Source of the DNA: Mobula hypostoma
Lineage: Eukaryota
Reading direction: 5' to 3'
Assembly: GCF_963921235.1 (NCBI RefSeq)
Contig: NC_086108.1
Coordinates: forward strand, 73,286,001 to 73,350,000
DNA: 64,000 nucleotides
The notes below the pieces were generated by a model. It ran no database searches and had not been told where the DNA came from. It saw only the letters and a program-made list of their open reading frames with translations. This document shows positions 25,441 through 38,639 of this stretch, in pieces (the first letter of the stretch is position 1; every line of letters starts with the position of its first letter). A program made the translations under genes and the position numbers.

Positions 25441-26040
25441 ATAGCTATATTCTAACCCCCTCAAGATGAGTAGACAATATTAGCGATCAGGGCTAGGAAA
25501 AGGAGAGGAGCAAGGGTAACATGATCAGGGCAGTCCCTGATCTTCACTATTCCAGGGTTGAGGATAGAACAGAGGAATATGTAAAGAGGAGAGTACAGGG
25601 AAGCATGTAGCAAAGCAAACATACGAGAACCTACCCACAGTAGTGCAGGTTAGGTATGGGAGTTACCGAGTCTTGGGGTGGAGCAAAAAGCGGAAGTCAG
25701 AATTCCATCCTTACAGGTTTCAACTTCTCAGCAGAAAGAACAATACAAAAGCAATAATTCCAATGGCTCTGGGTGTTGTCCATTAGAACTCTGCAAAAAA
25801 ATGTCATCTAATTTAAAGTAATGCCAATCTACCTGGAAATCTATTCACTGCTGTGGAAGCTAAGTTTGCAGCAGTTGGAAAGGACTTATTTCTGCCAGAG
25901 TGTTAAGGTAGTCAGGGGCTTAGTATGAGTCTGCAAAGGAAGCTTGTTTAAAAAAAGGTGCTTCACTCATCTAATTATGTCAAGCTTTTACTCGTAATGT
26001 GTAAAAAAAATTCTCTTAATTTGACTGCTAGCCGTTGTTC

Positions 26041-26226
26041 AAAGTTCAAAGTTCAAAGTAAATTTATTATCAAAGTATATATGTCTCCATATACAACCCA
26101 GAGATTCATTTTCTTGTGCGCATACTCAATAAATCAATAATCGAATCAATGAATGACTACACCAACTTAAGCATTCATCCATTGTGAGAAAGACAACAAA
26201 CATGTACAAAAAGAAAGAAACAATAA

Positions 26227-26273
<47 letters not shown>

Positions 26274-26624
26274 GCAATAAATATTGAGAACATGAGATGA
26301 AGAATCCTTGAAAATGAATCCATAGGTTTGAGAACTTTTCAGTAATGGGGCAAGTGAAGTTGGATGACGTTGTCCCCTTTGGTTCAAGAGCCTAATAGTT
26401 GAGGGATAATAACTGCTCCTGATCCTAGTGGTGCGAGTCGCAGGCTCCAGTGTGAGGCTCCTGTACTTTCTTCCTGATAACAGCTGCGAGAAGAGAGCAC
26501 GTCCTGGATGGTGGAGGTCTCTGATGATAGATGCTGCCTTCCTGCAACAATATTTTGTGTAGGTATGCTCAATTGTGGGGAGGGAGGGCTTTACCAGTGA
26601 TCGACTGGGCCACATCCACTACTC
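26041..26624 (-). mobile_element. Rex1/Babar-type LINE 3' end inserted in the viral env
   Basis: CCRKAASIIRDLHHPGRALFSQLLSGRKYRS, (TTTA)n and a (TTTGAAC)n tail. Confidence 0.88.
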
Positions 26625-26654
26625 CATTGTTGGCAAATATCAGGTCTTCTAGAG

Positions 26655-26734
26655 CAGGGGTTCCCAATGTTTTTTATGCTATGGACCCTTACGATTAACC
26701 AAGGCGTCTGTGGACGCCAGGTTGGGAACCCCTG
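26655..26734. mobile_element. hAT-type MITE
   Basis: TIR CAGGGGTTCCCAA / TTGGGAACCCCTG. 8-bp TSD TTCTAGAG / TTCTAAAG. Confidence 0.85.
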
Positions 26735-28296
26735 TTCTAAAGCACTCTTTGTTATATTGATCATAAATTGTTCCTTAAAATTGGGCTTACATTTGTCTTG
26801 AGAGATGCAAAAAAGATTAAATCGTCAAATTACACCAAGAGTAACTTCCTCTATAAATCTTAAAATTTGAGTGATCCTCCAATAACAGGATCACATCAGT
26901 GGTATTATAAGAGTGAGCATTGTCAAGGCATGTATGTACAGCTAGTTTTACTCCAATATCTTTTTTTAAATATCTTGATAATAGTTTAGGCTGAATCAAT
27001 TTTTTCTCTCTGCCTGTTGAAGGCAACACCATGCGACTGAATCCACAGCAATAACAGAAGACTTGTCTATGTATGTAACACTGTCTATTTGAGAAGTAAT
27101 GGTATCAATGTAACCCCAATGTTTAGTATCATTAGATGGACTCTAACAGCAGAATTTGTCATACACTTGTTTTTCAACTTGAAGTTGAAGTCTATGTGAA
27201 ATATAATTGAATTCATAACAACACCAATAGTTCTAAAGTAATTTTCATTGTAATGTATTATTCATACTATAACACAGATTATTCATAACTATTTGATTAA
27301 GGACAAATAAGAAATCTGGATAGATACAATAGTCAATGGGACTTAACTGTTTCAGTTGACTAGGGAGGAAAGCATTTTTGTTTTATCTTAGCTTCTGTTT
27401 CAGTGCATCATTCCGCCTTACCTTCCCAGACAAAATCCAGGGTCAAGAGCTCACTGAACCATTTCGAGCATAACCCAGAAATACAGAAAATTGTCATGTT
27501 ACCTTGACATCTAACAATGGAGTGGAATAGAAGCCTTAGTTGGAGAAATGGAAATATCTAAAATCTTTGTAGTAGTATGTTTTACATACTTGGTAGCCAT
27601 AAAGGGAAAGTGCAATAAGATTTCCTTCTAATGGAGAGCTTTAATGATTTCAATATAATGTTTCTAGGAGTGGGATCATTCAATGACATAACAATGTCTA
27701 TACTTTTCTTCAAGTATAGAGGGATCAATTAGTTCTATCAGTTTACTTCCAATATCTGCGCTGGAGTCCTTCAGTTTTGTTGGGGTATTATTAATAATTT
27801 CTGCAAGTGATTCTTTGCTTTCCCATGTATCTATGTTTATTTCATCTACAATGTAATCAGAGTGAATGTTTAAGTGGATCGGAACCATCACTTTGCCAGG
27901 GGCAAGAATTAAGTGTTCCAGTATATTAGTTCACATATGACCAAAAGGTAAGGGCCATTTAGAGATATTTAAATTAGTATTATCATTGCTCACAGATCCC
28001 CTTAATCTAATTTTCTCTGAGTCATTAAGCTTCAGGGATGTCTGAGCCAGATGAGACAATTTCCATAGTAAATGTGACTTTGTGAAAAAAACAAATGGTA
28101 AGGCAAAAGTGGAAAAAAATAACATTATTAATAAGAACAAATATTAAAAGTAAAGTACAGCAAAAGAAACATTTCTTCCTGAAGTCTGAGTTTGTCTTAC
28201 TCTGTAAACACCGATGTGTCTTAGGTTTATTATCTCTGCTCAAGTGAACGGGAGCTTTTTCATTGCTTTTCAGATCTAAACATCTGTTTTATCTTT

Positions 28297-28890
28297 TCAA
28301 TACATTTCACCCCCTGGTGGACCCATGTATCGGTCTAATATAAAGGCTCCACACTTTCTGGGCTTGATGTTATCTATGGAGACAGCTTTACTTGTAGTCA
28401 GGTTTCACCTCCCAGTCTTGATTACCACAATCCTGTCATTGATAACCTGGGTAATAAGACAAAAAGGTATCCATCTAGGATGGAAAGAAGGGTCAGAATT
28501 ATTTTTATGTAATTCCCTTTCTTGGAATTTGTCCCCTTTTTGTGATCTGAAAGCTGTCTTGTCAGGTTCTTTTGCTTTCTCTTGAATTCCCATAAACTCT
28601 CTCAATTCCTTGAGGAGAGCTCTATCAAGTCTAGGCGATGGTTGGCCTGAGTTATCAATCAGATGTGTATTTAGGTGGACATTGTACATTAAGAAATAAG
28701 GTGTAACATTCTTGTGTACTCCTATTTTAGCAAATAGGCACTTTGTTTACCAAGGGTTGCACTTCAGGGACAAGTGTAGCCTAATTTGCCTCTAGAGTAG
28801 AACAGTTTTTCCAAGCCTTGTATAATCTCTCGATTCTTTCATTCCACCATGCCGCTAGATTGCAACTGGAATGCAGTGCTGTACTCCAAT
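28297..28890 (-). pseudogene. pol: Foamy-virus-like pol (integrase catalytic-core end and C-terminal domain), decayed
   Basis: WSTALH..QSSGMVE*KNREIIQGLEKL..TLVPEVQPLVN..VTPYFLMYNVHLNT..LLKELRE..KGDKFQERE..PSFHPRW..ITQVINDRIVVIKTGR*NLTTSKAVSIDNIKP. This parallels prototype foamy virus IN (recalled): STPYHPQS..VERKNSDI..TPHQLLFG..VGQLVQERV..LRPRW..VLNPRTVVI..TVSIDNLKP. Confidence 0.88.
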
Positions 28891-29127
28891 TATTTGTCTG
28901 TTTACTCCAAGGTTTTCAGAGCACCTGTATTGGTTTATTGTTGTTTAATGAGCATTATTAATTGTTTAGAATTCCTTCTATTTCTCTCTCTTTGTAACAT
29001 GATCTCCTGATGCTTTCTGTTTAAACTTGTTAAGTTTATTTTAATAGGCTCAGGATTCTGTGTTACTTTTATTATTTAAGCAGACGTCCAATTATTTTTG
29101 AGTATGTTACGTCTCGTGGAGTTGTAA

Positions 29128-31440
29128 AGCTTTCCTTACGACCCTATCTACCTATGATGCTACTTTCTACTTTCAAGAAATTGTGGACCTGTATTCACAG
29201 ATCCTTCTGATCTACCGCACACCTCAGTGCCCTACCATCTAAGTTCTACCCTGGTTGGTCCTCCCAAAGTGCAACACCTCACACTTATCTGCATTAAATT
29301 CCACCTTCCATTCTACAGCCCACTTTTTACAGCTGGAACAGAGTCCCACTACAAGCTTTAATACTCTTCTCACTGTCCACTACATCCCCAGTCTTGTTTT
29401 CATTTGCAAATTGGATGATCCAGTTTATCACATTATCATCCCAGATCATTGAAATAGATTACTAGCAACAATGGTCCCAGCACTGATTCCTGCGGCACAC
29501 CACTAGTCACATGCCTCCAGTCAGAGAGGCAACTGTCTACAGCCAATCTCTATCTTCTCCCGCCAAACCAATATCTAATCTAATTTATTACTTCATCTTG
29601 AATACCAAGCAACTGAACCTTCTTGATCAACCTCCTATGTGGGACCTCGTCAAAAGCCTTGCTAAAGACCATGTAGACAACATCCACTGCATTGTCCTCA
29701 TCAACTTTACTGGTAACTTTCTCAAAAAACTCTATAAGATTGGTGAGACACAACCTAACATGCTCAAAACCATGTTGACCATCCCTAATCAATCCCTGTC
29801 TATCCAAATATTAATATATCTGGTCACTTAGAATACATTCCAATCATTTTCCCACCACTGTTTTCAAGTTCACTGGCCCCTGCGATTTCTGCACTAGCCT
29901 CCCACTGGGTCTGAGGGAACACTTTGTCAGGCCCTGAGGATTTATCCTTTCTAATTTGCCTCAAGACAGCAAAACACTTCTTCCTCTGTAATCTATATAG
30001 GGTCCATGACATCGCTGCTGCTTTGTCTCACATCTATAGATTCTGTGCCCATCTCACGAGTAAATAAAGATGTAAGAAATCCATTTAAGATCTCCCCCAC
30101 CTCTTTTGGCTCTGATCTTCCAGAGAACCAATTTTGTCCCCTGCTCAATATATTTGTAGAAGCCCTTAGGATTCCCCTTCACCTTGTCTGCTAGAGCAAC
30201 CTGATGTCTTCCTTTAGCCTTCCTGATTTCTTTCTTAAGTGTTCCCTTGTATTTCTTAAACCTATATTTCTTATTCTTATATGAGGTCACAGACCCTATA
30301 TAGATTAGAGAGGAGGAAGCGTTTTGCACCCCCCCACCCCAGTGAAGTACTAGCAAAGCTTCCTGACATGATATTAGTTCCCCTCCAGTTCAGATGCAAA
30401 CCGCCCCTTCTATACAGGTCCCACCTTCCCTGGAAGAGAGCTTAATGATCCAAAAAATCTGAAGGCCTCTCTCCTGCGCCATCTCCTTAGCCATGTGATA
30501 AACTGAATGATCTTCCTATTTCTGGTCTCACTAGCATGTGGCAGGGGTAACTATCCTGAGATCACAACCCTGGAGATCCTGTCCTTTAACTTGGCACCTA
30601 GCTCCCTGAACTCACTTTGAAGGACCTCATCACCCCTCCTACCCATGTTGGTACCAACGTGGACCATGACCTCTGGCTTCTCACGCTCCCACTTAAGAAT
30701 GCTATGGACCCAATCTGAGATGTCCCTGACCCTGGCACCTGGGAGGTAACATATCATCCAGGGATCTCATTCTTGTCCACAGAACCTTATTTCTGTTCTG
30801 CTACCCAATTAATCACCTGTCACTACAGCTCACCTCTTCTCCCCGCCCCCACCTTCTGAGCCACAGAGTCTGACTCAGTGTCAGAGACCTAACCACTGTG
30901 GTTTTCCTCAGCTAGATCATCCCCCCAACAGTATCCAAACCAGTTGTTGAGCAGAACAGCCACAGGAGTACTCTATACTGGCTGTGTATCCCTTTCCCCC
31001 ACCTGACCGTCACCCAGTTACCTCTGTCCTGCTCCTTGGGTGTGACTACTTCCCTGTATGGCTTGTTTATCAAACCCTCAGCCAGATGACTGATTTGGAT
31101 TTCATCCAGTTCCAGCTCCAGCTCCACAACACAGTTGCAGCTATAGTCATCAGGGAAACTGGAGATCTCCCTGCCTTCCCACATCCCACAAGATGAGCAT
31201 TCCAGCATCCTGCCTGGCATCCTCACTGCTCTAGATGAGAAGAAAGAAAGAAAAAATAAATAATGAAAAAAAAATCTACTTATGGCCTTCCCCTCTCCTC
31301 GCCGAATCCTTGATGAGCCAAAGCTAGAGTCAACTCCCCACTTTAACACTGACCCACCACGCTTAAACCTAACTTCTTTTTATTCAATCTTGCCAATTGC
31401 CTAATTATACGCAATCCAATATCTTCTCAGGAACTGTAGC
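29128..31440 (-). mobile_element. CR1 LINE with ORF1 (Zn-finger + SGNH esterase) and deleted ORF2
   Basis: MLECSSCGMWE..., CYLPGARVRDISD...VMVHVGTN, QHGFEHVRLCLTNLIEFF, FSKAFDEVPH. Confidence 0.9.
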
Positions 31441-32439
31441 ACGTAAAATGTGCTGACTGCCCTCACTCACTTCTTTTAAACTCTTTCTCCCTCTTTGCAA
31501 TTCAATGTCTCTTGGGGAAATGTGGCATGCAATAAAAAAACAAACTAACTAACCTTCACTAAACATTTCTGCAAAGTATTTAATGTTACATGAAATATTA
31601 CTGCTTATACAAGTTCACTGATTTCAGGATCATATCTGAATCATATCTTAATGTTTATAAAGGTAGAAAACTGACAGAATTTCTCTCCTTGGCATTTATT
31701 AATTTAACATTTTCTTGGTTTTATGCTCTTTTGAAATAAACCTTTGACCTATCAAAATGTGTTTCATGTGTTTTGAAACTGTAATCATATAGATAGATTA
31801 TTCCATTATCCTGCATGTGAAATAATTAACTGATCAAAGTCTGTAAGTGATCCTTGAACTCAAACTGTTTTTAAAAAGGCCACTTCCCTCAAATGAACTT
31901 TGTACTTAACTGCAATTTATCTTCCTTTCCTTTCATGCAAACCCTATGGGTTTAATGGTAATGAGTGACAGGGATTGATGATATGCCATGAATACCAATA
32001 GGCAGACTTTTTAATTATGTCTTCAGTGGAGGATACCACATTGTTGGGAGTACATGTTTACCAGACCTGCAGTACACTAGAAATTTTGTTTCTGTTACAT
32101 GTTGCTTTGCTGGAATGGGGTGCTCCTTGATAAGGATTGAAAAACAATGTTTTCAGGGACAGCCATTCTCTGCCACAGTATGAAGGTGGCATAATAACAG
32201 TCAGGATAGCAGACACATGATATGTTTCTGGTCAACACACCAATCAAAATCATATACCTGCCAGGGTCTTCAGAGGGATTTAGTATGGATCAGCAATGCC
32301 CTCCAACTTGGGGAGGCCAACTTGTGAATCCTAGAAACCTACCTTGCTTTTGATTGACCATGTGGAAGGTGAATTTAATACTTCACCTGGAAAACATGGC
32401 ACAAGTGTCCTACCCAATGCAGCTATGAAGAAGGCCAGC

Positions 32440-34540
32440 TCAAAGAACAAGATGGCAGCTTCACCTTCTGCTGGTTTTTTCACCACCAGAAAATTCCATA
32501 ACTAGTTTAATGGGAATAACCAGACAATCCAGGAGCTAGTTAATCATAAATACAAAGTATTCCTGGATTAGAAGTCTCAGGGAATTAAAAAAAATAATGA
32601 TTGCATTATCTGAATGATGAGATGTAACAAAAACATGGCTTGAATAAGAGATGGTGGGTAGAGAGTTTGCAGGAGGTTCAGCAACTTGTCAATAATCACG
32701 ACGTGTGTGGATTCTTCAACTTTGTCAAAAGCACCTGTGGCTCAAGCACTCTAGGGCCCATTCTGCTGAGAGCCGATAACCGAGGAGAGCATATCAAGGA
32801 CACAGATGGAAAACAGTGCCTGCTGGAAGATGTGAGTTCAAGATCAAGTTCACATTCAAGTTTAATTATCATTCAACCATACTTGAATACCCATGAATAC
32901 AGCGAAATAAAACAGCCTTCCTCTGGGGACAAGATGCAAAACATAGTATCAACAGCCACACACAGCACAAAGCGCAAATAAGATCGCAGCAGGCAAGCAA
33001 ACATAGCTAATATATATATGTGTGTGTATATATATATATAGCCCAAGACCCTGAGTGACATGTCCTGTAAACTGAAGATGCATGGGTGCTGTCAGCAGTC
33101 TGCAGACAACCGTACACATGCATGAAATCCAGCTTGTCCTCAACTGAGCGAACACTGAAGGGCAGCACAGATGGGAGAGGCCAGCTCCCAATCCAGAATG
33201 GATACCACACCGCACCGCACGGCCTCTGATGTTCTTTTGTTTTAGCTATAGTGAAGACTCCCTGCTGCTTGCCAACGGGGAAATTTTTCATGTGGATTCT
33301 CTTCAATTGATTCATCCCAGGGTCATTTCCATAGAAATAATTCAGATGCTATTTATCAAGAGATACATCATGCAAGTAATCCAAGCAAGATTATGTTGGA
33401 AAAGCACTCACTACAGTAAATGGTCTTTAGACATTGTAAAAGATTCAAGGATCAGCTTTATTCAGCAAATAAAGTTCCCTGCTGTCGTTACTGCGCGGTC
33501 GGGAATCTTTCGGAGGGAAGGCCTCAAAATCCCCGACTTTGCCTGCTGTTGGTTATCGAGATGGAGGTCGAATTGTTCGGGCAGAGATGGCACTCAGTAC
33601 TCCGTGTCGGAGAGCTGATCAGAGCTCGAAGTTTTCGGATGACTCAGAGTCGGACTGTGGTCGGGCATGGCAGGGAAAATTTTTCTTCCTTCTCCCGTCT
33701 GCATGAGATGTGGGACATTTGAGAAACTTTGAACTTTTACTGTGCTCATGGACTTCTTCATCAAGTGATGGTATCGTTGCACTGTTGTAACTATATGTTA
33801 TAATTATGTGGTTTTGTTAGTTTTTTTTCAGTCTTGGTCTGTCCTGTGTTTTGTGATATCACACCGGAGGAAATATTGTATCATTTCTTAATGCATGCAT
33901 TACTAAATGACAATAAAAGAGGACTGCGCGTCTTCATAATCTAAAAAAAATGCACTCGCATATATTAAGAATTTGCAGTAGTGTATTGGAACAACATTCA
34001 GCAATTGTAAAGAATAAAGAATTATATGAAAAGTAAAGTTAGAGGTTAAAGTCTGGATACAACACTATTAAAATGAGAGGAATTATGTTAAATTCTTTCC
34101 AAATCTGGCTACCTCCAGAAGCTCATTACATTCCATGTCTGCTGCAGGATGGCATGCAAAATGTGACCCTGATCAATGGACCCACTGCAGATGTAATCTT
34201 AGTGCAGATCAGGGTCAAACAGGGCTGTGACTTTGCTCTAACCCTCTTTTCAAGCTTCTTTCCTTGCCCAAGTATGCCTCAGCAACACCGGGTTCTTCAC
34301 TGGAGAACAAGTTGGAAACTTTCCGCACCTTCACTCCAAATCAGCAACATCCTAGGCTCAGTCTTCAGTTCATAATATGTTGGTGATGCTAAAGGGAAAC
34401 CTGTGTCAGTACATTCTTTCAAGACTCTGATCTCAGTTAATCTGTTCCAGGCGGTGGCTATATCAAGAACTGCCCAATGCCATGTCCCCAAAGAGCCACT
34501 CTATTCCAAGTTCCATCATGGCAGGAGATTTCCTTTATGT
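32440..34540 (+). mobile_element. Old RTE-clade LINE remnants interleaved with younger repeats
   Basis: KRWWVESLQEVQQLVNNHDVCGFFNFVKS (32640-32820) and LQDGMQ..RVKQGCDFALTLFS (34140-34255). Confidence 0.55.
33475..33945 (+). repeat. Non-autonomous retro-repeat, second copy at 55560-56245
   Basis: Shared GAAGGCC(T/C)CAAAATCC...AGAGTCGG...GCATGCATTACTAAATGACAATAA..GAGGACTG..CATAATCT. Confidence 0.75.
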
Positions 34541-36894
34541 TACAGGCCAAACACATAAAGGGTGAGCCCTGACAAAGGGTCTTGGCCGGAAATGTCGACT
34601 CGTCATTCCCCTTCATAGATGCTGCCTGACCAGCTGAGTTCCTCCAGAATTTTTTGTGTGTTGCTCTGGATTTCCAGCATCTGCAGAACCTCTTGTGTTT
34701 AACACTAAGGATGTTCCTTGTGAGAACTCTTGGCCCAACACCACTCAAAATGGTGAAGGAGGCTCTGCACAAGCAGCAAAAAGAGAGCCCAACATAGCAA
34801 GTAGCCCACACGCCTGACTTGCCAGGAACTAGTTACACAGAGGTCAGTAGCCAACCAATCTGGAGTATGTTAACTACTCTCTGCCCTAAGGGATTGCCAA
34901 AGAAGAAAAGGCAAGCCTGGACTACAAGTTGGTTTCACTGTCATTCCCTTTAGTCACTTTAAAGTGTGTATAAGTTCTTGCTAGATATGACTAACTGATC
35001 AGATAAGCTTTTTATACTGTCCTGGTCGCTTCTCTGGTCACCAGCACTCTGGGAAGGTTTAGGCTACTCTAGGAGCTGCATGTTGGGCTGGAGTGCTCTG
35101 AAAAGGCAAAACTTTGTATAGCCCTCCTCCTCCCTGCACCGGGAATCCTCTCTCTTCCTTTTCTGCCCACAATACTACCATCTGATGATAAAAAAATCTC
35201 CTTACTGACTGACAACACTGCTGGGGCAAAATGACTGTTGAAAAAAAACCTAAGTACCAAAAGCTCCTACACTTCCCAATGTTTGCTCAGAGGCAGCAGA
35301 AAATCTTCTTAAATATTGTTAACAACTGTTGATTTATAGAGTACATGCTGAAGTTTTAGGGTGGCTGTAGAGTTTTGGCCAGCTCTGGACTGCAATTGTT
35401 AAGGTAATGTTAGCATCAACTAAACAATCCCAGTCAATGCATTGCATTATCCTATACATTAATCCAGCTGTTTAGATTATATATAGCCCAAGACCCTGAA
35501 TGACATGTTCTGTAAACTGATGATGCATGGGTGTTGTCAGCAGTCTGCAGATGACGGTACACACGCATGCAATCTAGCTTATCCTCCACCGAGTGAACAC
35601 TGAAGGGCAGCACAGGTGGGAGAGGCCATGATTGAGGGGTTGAAGGGTAAGGAAAGGACACTACTTGGATCCTGAGGCAACAACTACCAACCTGGTTTTC
35701 ATATATAGTTTCCAGCAGGACCACTATCTCCATAAGTCTAATCATAATGTAGTGCGTGTTATATTAGGGGTTGTGTAACATCAGAGAGGGCTATGACAAG
35801 GTATTTTCATTTATTATTTATGAAGACTGTAGCACAAAGATACCTTGCAGTTCTCATGTTTGAAAATTATGCATTGGAAAGATCTGCTTGTAACAGGGCC
35901 AAGTAATGTTAAGCTGCATGTTGGAAAACAGGTTTGTGTCCTGCAATGTGACTGAAAGCTTCAGACCAGAAAGGATTAAGCAAATTATAAAAACAACCAG
36001 GCTCCTTGACAACTGCTGTGAGGTGATTGATTATAACACAATGTGGCTATTTTATTTTTGTTTTGTTTCAGTCGGAATTTACATGTCAGCTCGACGATGA
36101 AACTGTGTTCTGCAAACAAACACAGGAAAAGTAACATTAGAGAAGTTCAAAGTTCAGGCAGCTGCCTCAGGACACCACAGGCCTTGGCTCTTTGTGGTTA
36201 AAGAGATAGATCCCTCCGCTTTCATCACATTTTGACAGATATGCAATTCTGCATTCCTATCATCCATTGCCTGGAGATATAGCCCATCATACTGGTAACC
36301 TTTGCCCTCTTCCACAGCAGTCTGGTCACCAGAGTCCCCAGTTCCCTGCCACATCATTCAATTAGAGAGCAAAGATTCTTCAAATAATTGATGATAATCA
36401 ATAACATAAAAAAGAGTAAGGTCACACATCTGCAAATGACAGTGCTTTGGTCAGCATTTGGCTACAATTGCTGCAGCAACGTTATCATCCGTTATAAGAT
36501 TTTATCTTGTTCATTCCTCTGCACAGTGCATTAACACTAATCCAAGTGTTTAGTTTCTACCAGTACGGATTGATCTGTGGGTTGGGTAGAGAAGAGAGAG
36601 CACCCTGGTTGTAAAATTGAAGTACAGCATTGTAAGAAATATCCATTAACTTTTATAAAAATAGAGATAGTGGCGCAGTACAAAAGTTGCTGGAAAACCA
36701 AAATAAAATGGAATACATTAGAAATACTCAGCAGGTCAAGTGGCTTTTGTAGAGACATTGAGAGGCCAAACAACCTTATTACATGGATAGGAAAAATTTT
36801 AAAGGACTAACTCACAGGGCAAAATAGTCGACATGGCTGATTTGGGTCGATAGGTCTCTTTCCGTGCTGTATGACTCTAAGCAATAACAGCTTA

Positions 36895-37630
36895 AGGCCG
36901 ATTTATACTTGTGCATACTAGCCTACGCCGCAGCCTACGCAAGTGGCCTACGCCATTGTGAGTTGTGCGTTGGTGTGTCTGCTTCGCTCTGCAACTCACC
37001 GCCAAAACACTAGTTGGCAGTGGGGTTTCTATGCCACTGTGTTAAGTTTCTTCATGTTGAAACCAAACACGAAGGAACTCAAACTCCAAGCAATGGCGAC
37101 TGAAACTGAAGGAGGGTGAATTTTCTGTGCTTGTCTGGCCACTGAGAGACATGGACGAGGAAATGCATTTTAAATATTTTCAGATGTCGGCAGGTAGATT
37201 TGACGATTTAGTTCATCCTCTCCAACCATTTATTTCGCATCAGTGTACGCAGAGTATACTCAGAGACTGGCAATCACCATTCAAGTTTTAGCTTCAGGTG
37301 GAAGTCAACAGGCTGTAGCAGCTAGCTACAAACTGGCATCAAGCACAGGGTCCTCCATAATTTTGGAGGTCTGTAAAGCTTTATGGAAAGCATTGCAGCC
37401 AGAGTTCCTTCCCTGCCCTTCAGTCGCCCAATGGCAAGCTATTGCAGCGTAGGAGGAAATGCGATGGACCGATCACAGTTGTCTCAGTCTGTGTCGCTGT
37501 GACACGTAGTTACATTTTGGGAGAGGTGCGCATTAGGCTATGGCGTAGGGTTTGGCATAGAGTACAGCGTAGGGTACATGGCTACGTTGTACCTACGGCT
37601 TACATTTGACGCACAAGTATAAATCAACCT
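36895..37630 (+). mobile_element. PIF/Harbinger DNA transposon, deletion derivative
   Basis: TIR AGGCCGATTTATACTTGTGC / GCACAAGTATAAATCAACCT with TTA TSD. Transposase remnant [48 protein letters not shown]. Confidence 0.88.
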
Positions 37631-38139
37631 TTAAAAGGAAGAATGAAAGGGAAAGATTGAATGTGAAGGATGAATGGGGCATTAATAAAAGTGATGACAG
37701 AGAAAGACTTGCATCTGTTTTGTGGACTTCTCCGTCCAAAACAGTTTACAACTCATTTCAAACATCGTCATTCTGCACAATGTAGTAAGTTTTCACCAAT
37801 ACCTATATGATAGTCACCAGGTCATTTGATTTTGTTACAGTGACTTGCCCAGACTTAAGGGACAACTCCCACATTTTTCTTTGAAATAAAGCCTCAGAAG
37901 CATTTATGTCCACTTGAATGTGCAGATGAGGTTTCTATATACCACCTCATTCAAAAGACACAATACCTAACAATGCAGCACATCAACAATGTGTTTTGTC
38001 ATCAGCCAAGATATCTGTATTGTAGTGTCCCTTGTAGCTGATATCTCTCACTCATGTGTGAGAGTTGACAGGGTTCCAACTGAAGCACAACTGACAGAAC
38101 CTTCCCATCTTGTCCACTTTCAGCAGCCTATGAATACCA

Positions 38140-38560
38140 ACTTTCATCAAAGTTGCTGGTGAATGCAGCAGGCCAGGCAGCATCTCTAGGAAGAGGTACA
38201 ATCGACGTTTCAGGCCGAGACCCTTCATCAGGACTAACTGAAGGAAAAGTTAGTAAGAGATTTGAAAGTGGGAGGGGGAGGGGGAGATCCAAAATGATAG
38301 GAGAAGACAGGAGGGGGAGGGATGGAGCCAAGAGCTGGACAGGTGATTGGCAAAAGGGATATGAGAGGATCATGGGACAGGAGGCCTAAGGAGAAAGAAA
38401 AGGGGGAGGGGGGGGATAAAAGCCCAGAGGATGGGCAAGAGGTATAATGAGAGGGACAGAGGGAGAAAAAGGAGAGAGAGAGAAAGAATGTGTGTATAAA
38501 AATAAATAACGGATGGGGTACGAGGGGGAGGGGGGGCATTAGCGGAAGTTAGAGAAGTCA
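38140..38560 (-). mobile_element. Penelope pLTR fragment with hammerhead motif
   Basis: Same family as 23308-23617 and 46250-46442. Flanked by ATGAATACCA repeats. Confidence 0.85.
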
Positions 38561-38639
38561 ATGAATACCACCTCACCGTTTTGGCTCTCTTTTTGCACTA
38601 TTTACGTAATTGATTTTTATGTATAAATTTCTTAGGGTC

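Larger units (their letters stand above)
25720..28243 (-). pseudogene. env: Foamy-virus-like env, decayed, internally deleted and interrupted by LINE/MITE insertions
   Basis: Collinear foamy Env motifs: hydrophobic leader CFFCCTLLLIFVLINNVIFF..KVTFTMEIVSSG; RLRGS..PLPFG; NIHSDYIVDEIN..SLAEIIN..RHCYVIE; GYARNGS (27455-27475); YRGSY; YLPTMEQRLAVKLREFFLHITS..PDYLNTLA..FPTAAN; membrane anchor AIGIIAFVLFFLLR. Confidence 0.8.

Noticed and set aside
28900..29125. Upstream continuation of pol (integrase N-terminus)
   Set aside because: An open stretch (KVTQNPEPIKINLTSLNRKHQEIML..) exists, but I could not match it to HHCC or catalytic Asp motifs, so it is left unassigned.
34700..35260. Minus-strand TATAAAA at about 35010 as the 5' LTR of the foamy-like provirus
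   Set aside because: No PBS, no TG..CA boundaries and no matching second LTR could be identified.
33035..35630. Direct repeat of about 150 bp (33035-33183 and 35480-35627) as LTRs of one element
   Set aside because: No TG..CA ends or TSD, and the interval holds unrelated repeat fragments. More likely two copies of a dispersed repeat.
36154..36357. 67-aa minus-strand ORF as a host exon
   Set aside because: No recognisable domain or convincing splice context, and the length is within chance expectation.
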